Assembly: GCA_030530245.1 (NCBI GenBank)
Contig: JAUMVH010000002.1
Location: 1 to 35,794 of the forward strand
Origin: Ruminococcus sp.
Lineage (GTDB): Bacteria; Bacillota; Clostridia; Oscillospirales; Ruminococcaceae
Length of the DNA: 35,794 nucleotides
Direction: 5' to 3'
Positions 1 through 9,915 of the stretch are shown in pieces. The position numbers and the translations under genes were made by a program. The stretch's first letter is position 1; each line of letters opens with the position of its first letter. A model generated the notes under the pieces. The model searched no databases. It was not told the DNA's origin and was given only the letters and a program-made list of their open reading frames with translations.

Positions 1-907
1 TATTCGACGAGCGCAGCTCATTCACGAGCAGGGGAGTCGCGACCTTATCGCGCGCGGCTCCGAGCGGTGACGACCACCATATGTAGCCCGTCGCCTTGTT
101 TTTGAGCCCGAGGTTGCCGAGTCGGTCGTCCACGAGCATTATGTAGCTGTCGTTCTCGGCGCACTGCCTGTACGTGCCGATGACCTGCCTGCCGTCGGCG
201 CTCAGCCACGCGAAAGCCGTCCTGTCAGCGGAGTAGTAGACCTTTTTGCCGTCCTCAGTGCCGCTCTCGGTGAAGGTCGCGAGCACATTTTTGTAGTCGC
301 CGTCCATGCGCTCGAGCGTTTTCCCGTCGATGGAGCTGAACAGCGATGGGTCGTCTATCGTGGAAATCACGCGGCGTATGCGTATAACGCGGGTGAGGTC
401 GCTGTCCACGTACAGCAGATAGCGCTTGCCGTCGCTGACGTAGACTCTGCCCTCGTCACACTTGCTGCTGTCGTCGAAGCTCGCGAGAGCCTCTTTTTTC
501 TCGGGGTCAACAGCCACGATGTCGCCGAGCTTTTTGAGGTCGCTTATCTTGTCGGCGAGCTCCTCCTGCGCCTCGGTGTAGTCGGAGCTTTTCTCGGGCT
601 CGCCGCCGTTTTTCGCCCATATCGTGTCCTCGAAGTCCTTGTCCTTGGCGTAGATGTCTATCCCGTCCGCGGAGCCTACCTTGCGTAGGTACGCCGTGAT
701 GTCGTCGAATTCGGCTCTCACCTTCTCCTCGGACTCCTTGAGCTTTGCCGCCTTTTCCTCGGCAGCGTCCTCGGACTCCTCGCCGTCCTCGGCGACCTCG
801 GGAGCGGTATCGGCTTCGTCATCGCTGTCGGCGTAGATGTTCGCGGAAACGGTCATCATAGAAACGGCAAGCAGGCACATGAGTGTGCGTTTTATCTTGT
901 TCTTCAT
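1..907 (-). CDS. Secreted DUF5696-like protein, 5' part only (runs off the left edge; absent from the ORF track)
   Basis: Hand translation from ATG at 907 is open to the edge: signal peptide MKNKIKRTLMCLLAVSMMTVSA, acidic linker, then AENDSYIMLVDDRLGNLGLKNKATGYIWWSSP, which resembles the start of DUF5696. It follows YIP1, as expected in this operon type. Confidence 0.75.
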   Translation of the reverse strand, partial: MKNKIKRTLMCLLAVSMMTVSANIYADSDDEADTAPEVAEDGEESEDAAEEKAAKLKESEEKVRAEFDDITAYLRKVGSADGIDIYAKDKDFEDTIWAKNGGEPEKSSDYTEAQEELADKISDLKKLGDIVAVDPEKKEALASFDDSSKCDEGRVYVSDGKRYLLYVDSDLTRVIRIRRVISTIDDPSLFSSIDGKTLERMDGDYKNVLATFTESGTEDGKKVYYSADRTAFAWLSADGRQVIGTYRQCAENDSYIMLVDDRLGNLGLKNKATGYIWWSSPLGAARDKVATPLLVNELRSSN

Positions 908-925
908 AGTATCACCGCCGTTCCG

Positions 926-1555
926 TCAGACTCTTATCCTGTACGAGAGCTCTGTGTAGATGGTCGAGGCGAAGATGTACACCTGCTGTATCAGCGACAT
1001 GAACAGCACCAGCAGGAACAGCATTATGAGCATGGCGGCGATGGTGAGTATTATCGCGAACACCGTCTTGCCGAAGCTGTACTGGTGCACCGACTTTATC
1101 GCCGAGAACAGCAGTATCGCCGTCCAGCCCACGCCGATTATCTCTATCGCCTGCATGAAAACGTACTCGTCGCGGATGAGAAAGTGCGACAGGAACACGT
1201 TTATGAATTTCTGAGCGATATACGGCACGAGCGCGTAGGCGCTGTATATGCAGATATTGCGCATAGTGCCCTCGCCGTCGAGGAGGGTGCATATCGACCA
1301 GTTGCCGACCACCCACGCCGCGAAGACCACTATCGTCTTCATGATGTAGGGCACGATGTTGAAGGTCTTGTCGTACGCTACGTAGAACTGCAAGCCGTAG
1401 AGCCTGCCGTAGGCTATCTGCGAGAGGAACAGCAGAAACACTATCAGGAACGCTATTTTCAGCGAGCCCGACTTCTTCCAGCGCATATCCTCGAAGCCCT
1501 CGACGGGGTGAGTTACCGCGTGCTTTACCCATTCAGCGGGACGCAGGTCCATCAT
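926..1555 (-). CDS. YIP1-family membrane protein
   Basis: 209 aa with about 5 hydrophobic segments; [11 protein letters not shown] and TLLDGEG motifs; GAGGAGG RBS; operon context. Confidence 0.85.
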   Translation of the reverse strand: MMDLRPAEWVKHAVTHPVEGFEDMRWKKSGSLKIAFLIVFLLFLSQIAYGRLYGLQFYVAYDKTFNIVPYIMKTIVVFAAWVVGNWSICTLLDGEGTMRNICIYSAYALVPYIAQKFINVFLSHFLIRDEYVFMQAIEIIGVGWTAILLFSAIKSVHQYSFGKTVFAIILTIAAMLIMLFLLVLFMSLIQQVYIFASTIYTELSYRIRV

Positions 1556-1559
1556 GGTG

Positions 1560-3227
1560 CTATTCCTCCTCTCTCTTTTCTTCTTCGTCCTCGGCGGGAG
1601 CCTCTGCCGCCGCCTCGGCTATCTCGGCTTTGAGCCGCTCGGCTTCCTCGTCAGCCTTTGTCTCGGCTTCAAGAGCCTGCAGCGCCTCCGCCGCCTCGCC
1701 CTTGTCGAAGTCGAGCCTTGCTATATCGGCGTCCGCGGGAGCAGTATCAGCCGCCGCGAGCGCACGACTGCGCCGTTTCAGCACCGTGCCGAGCGCGAGC
1801 AGAGCTATGACTGCTGCCGCTACTACGGCGAATATCGCTCCGAAATGCTTCTTGAGGAACTCCATGCGGTAGCCCTCGAAAGCCTTGTTGTAGACGCTTC
1901 CGACGCCCGCGACCTTGGCGTATTTCATCGCGCCCTCGTAGTCACCCTTGCGCAGGAGAGCGAGCGAGACGCCGACATTCGCGTACCAGTAGTTGCCGTC
2001 GCGCTTGAGCACCTCCAGCCACGGCTCGAGAGCCTCCTCGTAGTAGCCCTCATTGAAGAGCGCGGAAGCCTTGTGGACTATCCTGCCGAAGTCGGTCTCG
2101 GTGAATATGGTGACGGTGTCCTTGCGGTTGTCGACGACGTAGAGCTTCTCGCCCTTTGATTCGAGAGCCGCGGCGTGGTCGAAGCCTCCGACCTGCTTTG
2201 CGAGCGTACCCGTGATGAACAGCAGGTTGCAGTCCTTGTCGTACTGGAAGACGCGTCCCGTGGTGAAGTCGAGGCAGTTGATATTGCCGTCCTCGGCGAT
2301 GTCGATGTCGCATATCGCGGGCGCGAGGAGCTTGTTCTGCGAGGTGTCGTACATAGGCGCATAGTCGCCGAATTTGAGGTCCATGCTCGCGAAGATGTTA
2401 TTGCCTGCGGCGTTGAGTTTCTTGACGGTATCGGTGGTCTGCGTCGAGGACGCCGTACACGTGAAGATGAAGTCGCCGTCGATGTCGAAGCTCGTTATGC
2501 CCGTGGGGACATTTCTCGCACGGCGGGCACGCTTCTCCTCGGAGGTGAACAGGCTCGTGAAGTAGTTGCTGACTATCTCGGCAGTCGGCTGGACGCGGTT
2601 CGCGCCGTAGAAGCCGAGGAACTCGCCCTCGGGGTCGAACATCGCGGCGCCCGTGGTGATGTTGCCGAGCACGACGTACACATTGCCCGCCTTGTCAGCG
2701 ATGACGCGCTGAGGCAGGAAGGTACGCTTCTGGTCGTATATCTCGGAGGTGGGCTTGGTTATCTCGCGCTGAACGTTTCCGTCCCTGTCGCAGACGAGCA
2801 CGCGCGCGTTCTCGTTGTCGGCGATGTACATGAGATCGTTCTCGGCGGAGATGAAAATGCCCTGCGGATTTTTGAGCTTCGTCGCCGAGCCGTCGGGCAT
2901 AGTGAAGCTGTCGTAAACCTTCACCGCCTCGCCGAAGTCGGGGTCAACGGCGACGATGCGGTTATTGCCCGAATCGACGACGTAGAAGATGTCGTTGTGG
3001 TCGTAGAAGATGTCGGAGGGCGACTCGAACGCGCCCACTCCGAGGTCATAGCCCGAGACGGAGCGTTCCGCGATATATCCCGCCTGCGAGGGTATAGCCT
3101 CAGCCCAGCGGTCGTAGTTGTAGACATCGTAGGGCTCGCGCGCACTTGCGGTGAGGGCGGTGATACAGCCGCCGAGCAGAGCTCCCGACAGCGCGAGCGT
3201 GACAAATCTGCGTGATAATTTTCTCAT
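1560..3227 (-). CDS. NHL-repeat (beta-propeller) plus TPR protein with signal peptide and C-terminal membrane anchor
   Basis: NHL-like repeats ([30 protein letters not shown]), TPR-like segment ([18 protein letters not shown]), C-terminal TM helix. Confidence 0.85.
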   Translation of the reverse strand: MRKLSRRFVTLALSGALLGGCITALTASAREPYDVYNYDRWAEAIPSQAGYIAERSVSGYDLGVGAFESPSDIFYDHNDIFYVVDSGNNRIVAVDPDFGEAVKVYDSFTMPDGSATKLKNPQGIFISAENDLMYIADNENARVLVCDRDGNVQREITKPTSEIYDQKRTFLPQRVIADKAGNVYVVLGNITTGAAMFDPEGEFLGFYGANRVQPTAEIVSNYFTSLFTSEEKRARRARNVPTGITSFDIDGDFIFTCTASSTQTTDTVKKLNAAGNNIFASMDLKFGDYAPMYDTSQNKLLAPAICDIDIAEDGNINCLDFTTGRVFQYDKDCNLLFITGTLAKQVGGFDHAAALESKGEKLYVVDNRKDTVTIFTETDFGRIVHKASALFNEGYYEEALEPWLEVLKRDGNYWYANVGVSLALLRKGDYEGAMKYAKVAGVGSVYNKAFEGYRMEFLKKHFGAIFAVVAAAVIALLALGTVLKRRSRALAAADTAPADADIARLDFDKGEAAEALQALEAETKADEEAERLKAEIAEAAAEAPAEDEEEKREEE

Positions 3228-3239
3228 GCGTCCGCCCCC

Positions 3240-4118
3240 TTAGTCCTTGATGCCCGAGTGCGCCATCGTCTCGATGACCTGACGCTGTGCGAGCATGAAT
3301 ACCACGATAGGCGGTATGAGCATGAATACGGCAGCCGCCGCGGCTACGCCCGCTCTCGCGAGGCCTGCCGAAGCCGCCTGATTCACGACGGTGGGGAGGG
3401 TCTTATACTGCTCCTGGAATACCACGGAGCCTGCCTCTATCCTCCACGCCGCCTGGAATGCGAATATGATTATCGTCATGAGTGCGGGCTTCTGATTGGG
3501 CATGACTATCTGCCAGCAGATGCGGAAAAGTCCCGCACCGTCGACCTTTGCCGCCTCTATCATCGCGTCGGGCACCTGACTTATCGACTGCCTCATGAGG
3601 AAGAGTCCCATAGGCGAGGCTATCGACGGCAGTATCAGCGCGAGCGGGTTGTCGATGAGCCCGAGCTTAGCCATGACGATGTACTGCATGATGTATATGA
3701 CGTTGGACTGGTAGAGCAGTGCAACGACGATAATGCTGTTGATGAGCTTGCTCCCGGGGAACTTGCACTTCGCGAGCACGAACGCCGCCATTGACGCGAA
3801 TATGCACTGGAGCACAGTCACCGACACCGTCACGGCTACGCTGTTGAAGACATAGCGCGAGAAGGGCACGCGGTTGCTGTTGAGCACCTCGAACATATCG
3901 CTGAAATTGTCGAGCGTGGGACGCATCGCGTACAGCTTCGGCGGGAAGATGAACAGCTCCTCAACGGGCTTTATCGACATTATCAGTATGAGGTAGATGG
4001 GAAAGAGCATGAAGAGCCCGAGAACGGTCAGGAAGACGAATATAGCGATAGTTCCGCCTATTTTTCTGCCCGCCTGCTTGTTTGAAGCCTTCAGCGCTGC
4101 GGTATTGACCTGTGCCAT
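3240..4118 (-). CDS. Carbohydrate ABC transporter permease (MalG-like)
   Basis: EAA motif (MIEAAKVDGAGLFRI), multiple TM helices. Confidence 0.93.
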   Translation of the reverse strand: MAQVNTAALKASNKQAGRKIGGTIAIFVFLTVLGLFMLFPIYLILIMSIKPVEELFIFPPKLYAMRPTLDNFSDMFEVLNSNRVPFSRYVFNSVAVTVSVTVLQCIFASMAAFVLAKCKFPGSKLINSIIVVALLYQSNVIYIMQYIVMAKLGLIDNPLALILPSIASPMGLFLMRQSISQVPDAMIEAAKVDGAGLFRICWQIVMPNQKPALMTIIIFAFQAAWRIEAGSVVFQEQYKTLPTVVNQAASAGLARAGVAAAAAVFMLIPPIVVFMLAQRQVIETMAHSGIKD

Positions 4119-4130
4119 ATTCCCACCTCC

Positions 4131-5072
4131 TTAGTCCATATATTTGCTCAGCACCTTGCTGATGAGCTTGTTCAGCAGGTACATGACGACGAACAGCACC
4201 ATGCATATCGCCGAGGCATAGCCCATTTCGTATCGCACCCAGCCGTAGTCATAGGCGTGGGTCATTATAGTGTGTGCCTTGTAGTCGGTGCTCGGGAAGC
4301 CGACGAGGTTCTGCGCGACGGTGCCCGCGGTGAACGAGCTGACTATCTGCATTACCGCCGCGAACATGAGCTGCGGTCCCATAGACGGGATAACGATGTA
4401 GATGAGCTCCTGCCAGCGGGTGCGTATGCCCTCGATAGCTCCCGCCTCGTACATCGAGCGGTCGATGTTCTGGAAGCCCGCACGCAGCGCGAGGAAGCCC
4501 GCGCCGAGCGATATCCACAGCTGTACCACTATCGTTACGCCGAGGATATACCTTCCGTCGGTTAGCCACTGAACGGGCGCGTTGATGAGTCCGAGGTTGA
4601 TGAGGAAGGAGTTCGCGTAGCCGTTCATATCGCCGCTGAAAATAAGTGTCCACGCCGTGTAGACGTTCGCGAGCGACGGCGCGTAGAATATGAGCGTGAA
4701 GAGGGTCTTGAGCCTCGGGTGGAGCTCATTTATGAGCCAAGCCAGCAGGAAGCAGAGTATGTAGCTCACGGGACCCGTGAACAGCGCGAAAACTATCGTT
4801 ACCCTTATGGACTTGACGAATATCTTGTCCGAGAGGAAGAGCGTCGTGTAGTTCGAGAGCCCGACGAATTTCGGAGCCTGAGCCATGTTGAAGTCGGTGA
4901 AGCCCATCGGGAGGGACATCACAACAGGCACTATCGTGAATACGATGAAGAATATCATAAAGGGCGCGAGCATGAGATAGCACGCCTTATTGCGCTTGAA
5001 CGACCGCCACAGCATGGCGCGTTCCTCGCTCTTTGTCCTTTTTCCGATATCTTCCGCTGATATCTGAGCCAA
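4131..5072 (-). CDS. Carbohydrate ABC transporter permease (MalF-like)
   Basis: EAA-like motif (MYEAGAIEG), TM helices, TTG start after AGGAGG. Confidence 0.93.
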   Translation of the reverse strand: MAQISAEDIGKRTKSEERAMLWRSFKRNKACYLMLAPFMIFFIVFTIVPVVMSLPMGFTDFNMAQAPKFVGLSNYTTLFLSDKIFVKSIRVTIVFALFTGPVSYILCFLLAWLINELHPRLKTLFTLIFYAPSLANVYTAWTLIFSGDMNGYANSFLINLGLINAPVQWLTDGRYILGVTIVVQLWISLGAGFLALRAGFQNIDRSMYEAGAIEGIRTRWQELIYIVIPSMGPQLMFAAVMQIVSSFTAGTVAQNLVGFPSTDYKAHTIMTHAYDYGWVRYEMGYASAICMVLFVVMYLLNKLISKVLSKYMD

Positions 5073-5090
5073 GAGACGTTCCTCCTTCCT

Positions 5091-8021
5091 TTAATCTTCG
5101 GCGGTCGAAAGACCGAGATTCTTACGCTTGCGGGTAATTTCGTCGTTTATGTCGCGGTTGTACCATATCAGCGTATCGCGCGGGTTGCCGAGCTCGTTGA
5201 CGGTCTCTCTGAACGCGTTCATGATGTTGCGCGTTACCGCGTACGACGAGGGGATTACGGGTATCTCGACGAGCTCCGCCTGCTGAGCGGCGAGCCTGTC
5301 GTATTCGCCGTGCGACCACGACAGCTGAGCGAGAGCCTCGGTGTTAGCGGTATCGAACCTGCCCATCGTGCCGAGGAGCCCCTCTATCTGTGTGCCGTAG
5401 CGCACCTGCGTGTCGGTATCGGTGAACCACTTGATGAACTTCCACGCGTTCTCCTTGTTGCCGACCTTCTTGAAGATGACCGCGCCCGCGCCGTTTGAAT
5501 TGGCGGCGTGAGATATGGTGCCGTCCTCGCGGAGAGTGCCGGGCACGGGGCAGAAGTCCCACAGCCCCTTTATCTCGGGCGAGGCGACGGTGAGCTGGTT
5601 GAAGAACGTGTAGTTGTTGATGACTATCGGGTACTCGCCCGTCCTGAATCGGCTGAACGCGTCATACTGCTGGACGAAGCTGTACTCGGTGTAGAAGTCG
5701 GTCCACTCCTCGAAGGACTGGACAGCCTCTATGGAATTGAACGTGGAAGCCGTCTGCTCGTCGTTGTAGTAGTTCACGCCCTTCTGGAGCAGGAGCATCG
5801 CGAAGGTGTGACCTGTCTCGGTGGCGGGCGAGATATTCGTCGGCGGGAGGATAAGTCCCACGTTCATGTAGTTGCGCTGGAGCGCGGGGAGCATATCTAT
5901 CAACTCCGTCCACGTCTCGGGCGGGGAGTCGTAGCCGAGCTCGGTGAGCACGTCGGTGCGGTAGAACATCATCGGGAAGGTCTGGCTTATCGGCAGACCG
6001 TAGGTGCCGCCGTTGTACTGATAGGGGGTCATGGCGTTCTGCTGGAAGCGTCCGCTCACATCGCCGAAGTCGGAGAAATCGGACAGGTCGACGAGCAGGT
6101 CACGCGCGGCGAGGTTCACGGGGAACTCTCCGCCGAGGAAGAGTGCCACATCGGGACCCTTTCCTGCGAGCGTAGCCTCAACTACGCCGCCGACAACGAG
6201 GTTGACGGAGATGGGGATATCGTACTCCTGCATGAACTCGTTCTCGGTCATCTCCTTGACGACTTGGGCTTGGTCGCGTCCGAGCGACACCCATACGTTT
6301 ATCGCGTCCTCGCCCGTGACATCGGAGAGGGTGGTGTAGTCCTCGAAGAAGGAGCCGACGAACGACTTCACGCTGAACGCTATCGACTTGCCGAGCTTTT
6401 CCTTGGCGCCCGTGAACTTCTCGCCCTCGGTCGCCAGCTCGATGTAGTCGACCTCGAGGGGCTGGTCGCGGTAGTCGCGCTCCCACGCGGAGATGGAGGC
6501 GATATTGTCCTTTATCTGCGAGAGGTAATCGGGGATTTTCAGCGGCTTATCGGTGCACTTGTCGAGAATGACGGTCATCGTCTCGAGGGAGGCGGCTTCC
6601 GAGCCTGCCGTGCCCGAGAGCCCCTCTATCTCAGCCTGTATGTCCTTGAGCTCCTGCGAGAGGCGCTCGAACTCGCTGACGAGGTCGGGCACCTTCTCGT
6701 GCACGTAGTAGTCGGTGTACTTGTCGGGCGAGGGACCCGTTATCATCAGTATCTTGCGGTAGTACGTGTTGAGGTCGGCGACGCACTCGTCGAGCCTGCG
6801 CAGCGAGTTGCCTATCTCACCGGGGACGCACTCCATGGTCATCGTGTGGTCGCGGTCAGCAGTGAGGTAGACGTAAACGTCCTCGCCGCTCTCCGCCTTG
6901 GGGGTGACGACGCTCCAGTCGGTGTCGTAGAAGAACTTGACCTGGTCGAGCTCCCTGCACGGCACCTCGCCGTCTATGTATATCCTCCTGTTGGAGTAGA
7001 AGCCGCGCATCTGGTTCTGACGCGACTTTATACCTATTTTGTACCAGCCGTCCGCGCCTATCTCGTCCGCGGGAATAGTCCACGTCACGGACTGCAGTGC
7101 CTTCTTCCAGTTGCCCGAGCCGAGGGTGTTGTACACGACCTTGCGCGGGTCGGACGGCGACACGAGGTAGCTCGTGTTGTCGTAGGTGGGGTAGAGGGTG
7201 GAGTCGGACTTGAGCTCCGCGTTCTCGCCCTCAATGCGGAAGATGTTGGGCTCGGACGAGGCTGAGGCATCGTCCACGGAAGCCCTGTACTCCTCGTAGT
7301 CGGGGAGCTCCGCGGGCGTGTAGAAGCGCAGGCTCTCTATTGCGAGCTCGGCGCGCTCGGAGGTGAAGCTTATCTCGTGCCTGCCCTTTTCGAGATAGAA
7401 GAAGAGCGGCTCGCCGAACAGTCCGTCAATGTCCCCGAAGGCGCACTCCTGCCACATACCGCGCTGTATCTGCGAGGGACGCACCTGATTCCCGCGCGAG
7501 TCGGTGTGTATCTCCGTCTCGTTTACCCACACGCGGTTGAGCGTGAGGCGGGCGGCGGTGTCGTAGGGCGTTTTGCCGTCGATCTGCATGGAGAGCTCTA
7601 TCTGCGTGCTGTTCGATTCGATGGGAAAGTAGCTTATCCCGAGGCAGTATATTCCCGTTTCGGCGACGTCGATGTCGTACGAGAGCCTGCCGTCGGCGCT
7701 CTCCCAGATGAGGACGCCGTCACGGATATCGTCGTCAGCGCCGTAGCTGCCCGTCGCGAAGGTACCGTCCTGCGCCGACTTGTAGTCGGTCGCCTTTATC
7801 GTTATTTCCTTGTCGGGACGCTTCTCGCCGCAGTATTCGTCGTAGTAGTCGCTGTAGGAGGGGATACCCGTGTCGACGGGCTCGATGAAGAAGTAGTCGT
7901 CGGTGTGCACAGACGGCTCATCAGCCGCGGCGGCGGTCATAATGCCCGAGAGGCTCCAAGCCGCGGCGAAGCATGACAATGCGCCGAAGGAGAGCCTTCG
8001 GCAGAGCTTATTGATGTTCAA
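5091..8021 (-). CDS. Large extracellular solute-binding protein (about 976 aa): N-terminal CBM-like beta domains, coiled coil, C-terminal sugar SBP domain
   Basis: C-terminal family-1 SBP motifs (GPDVAL, YGLP..MMFYRTDV, AWKFIKWF). Start reassigned to TTG at 8021 (RBS GAAAGGCGG, signal peptide follows), in frame with ORF 5091..8066. Confidence 0.88.
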   Translation of the reverse strand: MNINKLCRRLSFGALSCFAAAWSLSGIMTAAAADEPSVHTDDYFFIEPVDTGIPSYSDYYDEYCGEKRPDKEITIKATDYKSAQDGTFATGSYGADDDIRDGVLIWESADGRLSYDIDVAETGIYCLGISYFPIESNSTQIELSMQIDGKTPYDTAARLTLNRVWVNETEIHTDSRGNQVRPSQIQRGMWQECAFGDIDGLFGEPLFFYLEKGRHEISFTSERAELAIESLRFYTPAELPDYEEYRASVDDASASSEPNIFRIEGENAELKSDSTLYPTYDNTSYLVSPSDPRKVVYNTLGSGNWKKALQSVTWTIPADEIGADGWYKIGIKSRQNQMRGFYSNRRIYIDGEVPCRELDQVKFFYDTDWSVVTPKAESGEDVYVYLTADRDHTMTMECVPGEIGNSLRRLDECVADLNTYYRKILMITGPSPDKYTDYYVHEKVPDLVSEFERLSQELKDIQAEIEGLSGTAGSEAASLETMTVILDKCTDKPLKIPDYLSQIKDNIASISAWERDYRDQPLEVDYIELATEGEKFTGAKEKLGKSIAFSVKSFVGSFFEDYTTLSDVTGEDAINVWVSLGRDQAQVVKEMTENEFMQEYDIPISVNLVVGGVVEATLAGKGPDVALFLGGEFPVNLAARDLLVDLSDFSDFGDVSGRFQQNAMTPYQYNGGTYGLPISQTFPMMFYRTDVLTELGYDSPPETWTELIDMLPALQRNYMNVGLILPPTNISPATETGHTFAMLLLQKGVNYYNDEQTASTFNSIEAVQSFEEWTDFYTEYSFVQQYDAFSRFRTGEYPIVINNYTFFNQLTVASPEIKGLWDFCPVPGTLREDGTISHAANSNGAGAVIFKKVGNKENAWKFIKWFTDTDTQVRYGTQIEGLLGTMGRFDTANTEALAQLSWSHGEYDRLAAQQAELVEIPVIPSSYAVTRNIMNAFRETVNELGNPRDTLIWYNRDINDEITRKRKNLGLSTAED

Positions 8022-8167
8022 TTCTATCCGCCTTTCGTGAGTGGGGGAGGTTCGGCACGTCTGCAAAGAGGGCGCAGAACAGCCGTTTTCGTGGTGTGTG
8101 GCAGGCTGCCTAAAGCCTGCGGATATATGAAGCAGTATTGCCCAAACTGCATAAAAGCTTACAAATA

Positions 8168-8196
8168 ATTATAACAAATTTATAAAGTATTGTCAA
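8168..8196 (-). promoter_or_regulatory. SigA promoter of the carbohydrate-uptake operon
   Basis: TTGACA-17-TATAAT with extended TG on the minus strand. Confidence 0.8.
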
Positions 8197-8294
8197 GATA
8201 AATCGCTATATATAATAGGTAGAATGCTATTCTGCACATCAATGAGTTTTATGTGCACAAAAGTGTTTTTCGTTATTGTGCAAAATGCTGAATT

Positions 8295-8377
8295 TGCAAA
8301 GTTTGCTTGGCAGGTGTTGACAAGTGAACTTGGCAGTGCTATAATACAAGCATACGAAATGCAAAGTCAACTTGGCA
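8295..8377 (+). promoter_or_regulatory. SigA promoter (8317-8345) with three 18-bp palindromic operators, consensus TGCCAAGTnnACTTGGCA
   Basis: TTGACA-17-TATAAT; sites tgcaaagtttgcttggca 8295-8312, tgacaagtgaacttggca 8318-8335, tgcaaagtcaacttggca 8360-8377. Confidence 0.75.
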
Positions 8378-8390
8378 AGGGAGGACGATC

Positions 8391-8708
8391 ATGAACAGGG
8401 AAGAGATACTCGCCAAAAGCAGGAAGGAAAACAATTCCGAATACGAGCAGAACACCTACAAGATCGCGGGAAGCATCGCGCGTATCGTCGGCGGTATGCT
8501 GTGTGCGGTGCTCCTTATCGCCGAGCAGTTCGTCACGGGACATTACAACTGCGGCTACTGGCTGATATACTGCGTCATGCAGCTGACACACGATATATAC
8601 ATCTTCGTGCGGACGAAGTCGAAGGTACACCTTTTCAGCGCGCTCTGCTTCATCGGGATATCCGCGGTGATGGTCTGCGGCTACGTCAGAGACCTTCTCA
8701 AAGGGTGA
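8391..8708 (+). CDS. Small membrane protein, DUF6442-like
   Basis: MNREEILAKSRKEN N-terminus, three hydrophobic segments, GGGAGG RBS, paired with an XRE gene. Confidence 0.75.
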   Translation: MNREEILAKSRKENNSEYEQNTYKIAGSIARIVGGMLCAVLLIAEQFVTGHYNCGYWLIYCVMQLTHDIYIFVRTKSKVHLFSALCFIGISAVMVCGYVRDLLKG

Positions 8709-8712
8709 GACT

Positions 8713-8919
8713 ATGGACGATAAACTCATACTGCGCAACAGGCTGAAGGAGGCGCGCACCGAGGCGAAGCTCTCGCAGGCACAGCTTGCGGAAATGGTCG
8801 GCGTATCGCGAAATACCATTAGCTCGATAGAGACGGGACAGTATCAGCCGACCGCAAAGCTCGCGCTGATAATCTGTATCGCCCTCGACAAGAAGTTCGA
8901 GGAGCTGTTCTATTTTTGA
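8713..8919 (+). CDS. XRE/Cro-family HTH transcriptional regulator
   Basis: LSQAQLAEMVGVSRNTISSIETGQYQP HTH signature, 68 aa. Confidence 0.93.
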   Translation: MDDKLILRNRLKEARTEAKLSQAQLAEMVGVSRNTISSIETGQYQPTAKLALIICIALDKKFEELFYF

Positions 8920-8932
8920 TATAAGCCATAAT

Positions 8933-9109
8933 GTAGGGGCGCATTCCGTGCGCCCGTGAACGAACGTATAATTGTCGGGCGAGCGGAACTCGCCCCTACA
9001 GAACGGGACGTCGAGGACGCCGTCCCCTACAAAAATGGTGTAGGGGCGCACCCGCGTGTGCGCCCGCCGAATTGCCTTTTTTCGGGCGGACACATGGGTC
9101 CGCCCCTAC
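8933..9109. repeat. Cluster of five GTAG-type REP-like hairpins (two inverted doublets plus one single)
   Basis: gtaggggcgcattccgtgcgccc...gggcgagcggaactcgcccctac 8933-8999; ...gtcccctac ending 9030; gtaggggcgcacccgc...gtccgcccctac 9040-9109. Confidence 0.85.
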
Positions 9110-9112
9110 AGC

Positions 9113-9141
9113 TTGCTTTTTACAGCGATATATGTTATAAT
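9113..9141 (+). promoter_or_regulatory. SigA promoter of the ABC exporter
   Basis: TTGCTT-17-TATAAT with extended TG. Confidence 0.7.
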
Positions 9142-9174
9142 ACTTACATCTTTTTACTTGGAGGGATACAAATT

Positions 9175-9915
9175 ATGGAAAAAGTGCTTGAAGTCAGGGA
9201 GCTGTCCAAGCAGTACACCAAGGTGCTCGCGGCGGACAAGGTCAGCTTCGACATCGAAAAGGGCGAGATATTCGCGCTCATCGGTCCCAACGGCGCGGGC
9301 AAGACCACCACTATCCGCATGATATCGACTCTGCTCACCCCCACCTCGGGCGACGCGATAGTCGCGGGACACAGCATTATCAAGGAGGCGGCGAAGGTCC
9401 GCGAGAGCATAACCTACCTCCCCGACGAGGCGGGTGCCTACAAGAATATGACGGGCAAGAGCTACCTGCGCTTCATGGCGGGGCTTTTCTCGACCGATAT
9501 CGACACGATAAACCGCTACGTAGAGCGCGCCGAGCGTATCTGCGGGCTCGGGGACAGGCTCAAGGACAAGATAGGCACCTACAGCCGCGGCATGATAAGA
9601 AAGCTGCTGCTCGCGCGTGCGGTCATGACAGAGCCGAAGCTCGCCATTCTCGACGAGCCCACGAGCGGACTCGACGTGCTCAACGCCATCGAGATACGCA
9701 AGATGATAAAGCAGCTCGCGGCGGAGGAGGGGATGTCCTTCCTGCTGTCGTCGCACAATATGCTCGAGATAGAGTTCGTGTCCGACCGCGTGGGCATAAT
9801 CGCGAAGGGGCACCTGCTCGTCACGGGCAGGGCTGACGAGCTCAAGGAGCGCTACGGCGCGAAGAACCTCGAGGAAGTATTTGAAAGGGTGGTGAACGAC
9901 AATGAAATTCTTTAA
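9175..9915 (+). CDS. ABC-2 type exporter ATP-binding subunit (NatA-like)
   Basis: Walker A GPNGAGKT, signature YSRGM, Walker B AILDEPT. Start reassigned to ATG 9175 after GGAGG. Confidence 0.93.
   Translation: MEKVLEVRELSKQYTKVLAADKVSFDIEKGEIFALIGPNGAGKTTTIRMISTLLTPTSGDAIVAGHSIIKEAAKVRESITYLPDEAGAYKNMTGKSYLRFMAGLFSTDIDTINRYVERAERICGLGDRLKDKIGTYSRGMIRKLLLARAVMTEPKLAILDEPTSGLDVLNAIEIRKMIKQLAAEEGMSFLLSSHNMLEIEFVSDRVGIIAKGHLLVTGRADELKERYGAKNLEEVFERVVNDNEIL

Noticed and set aside
8933-9109. Possible CRISPR array (also 28352-28475 and 31359-31449)
   Set aside because: Units are inverted or variable in sequence, lack regular unique spacers, and no cas genes are present.
8956-9174. 73-aa N-terminal extension of the ABC ATPase in the ORF track
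   Set aside because: It translates REP repeats and the promoter; the RBS supports ATG 9175. The same applies to the extension of ybaK (31573-31638).
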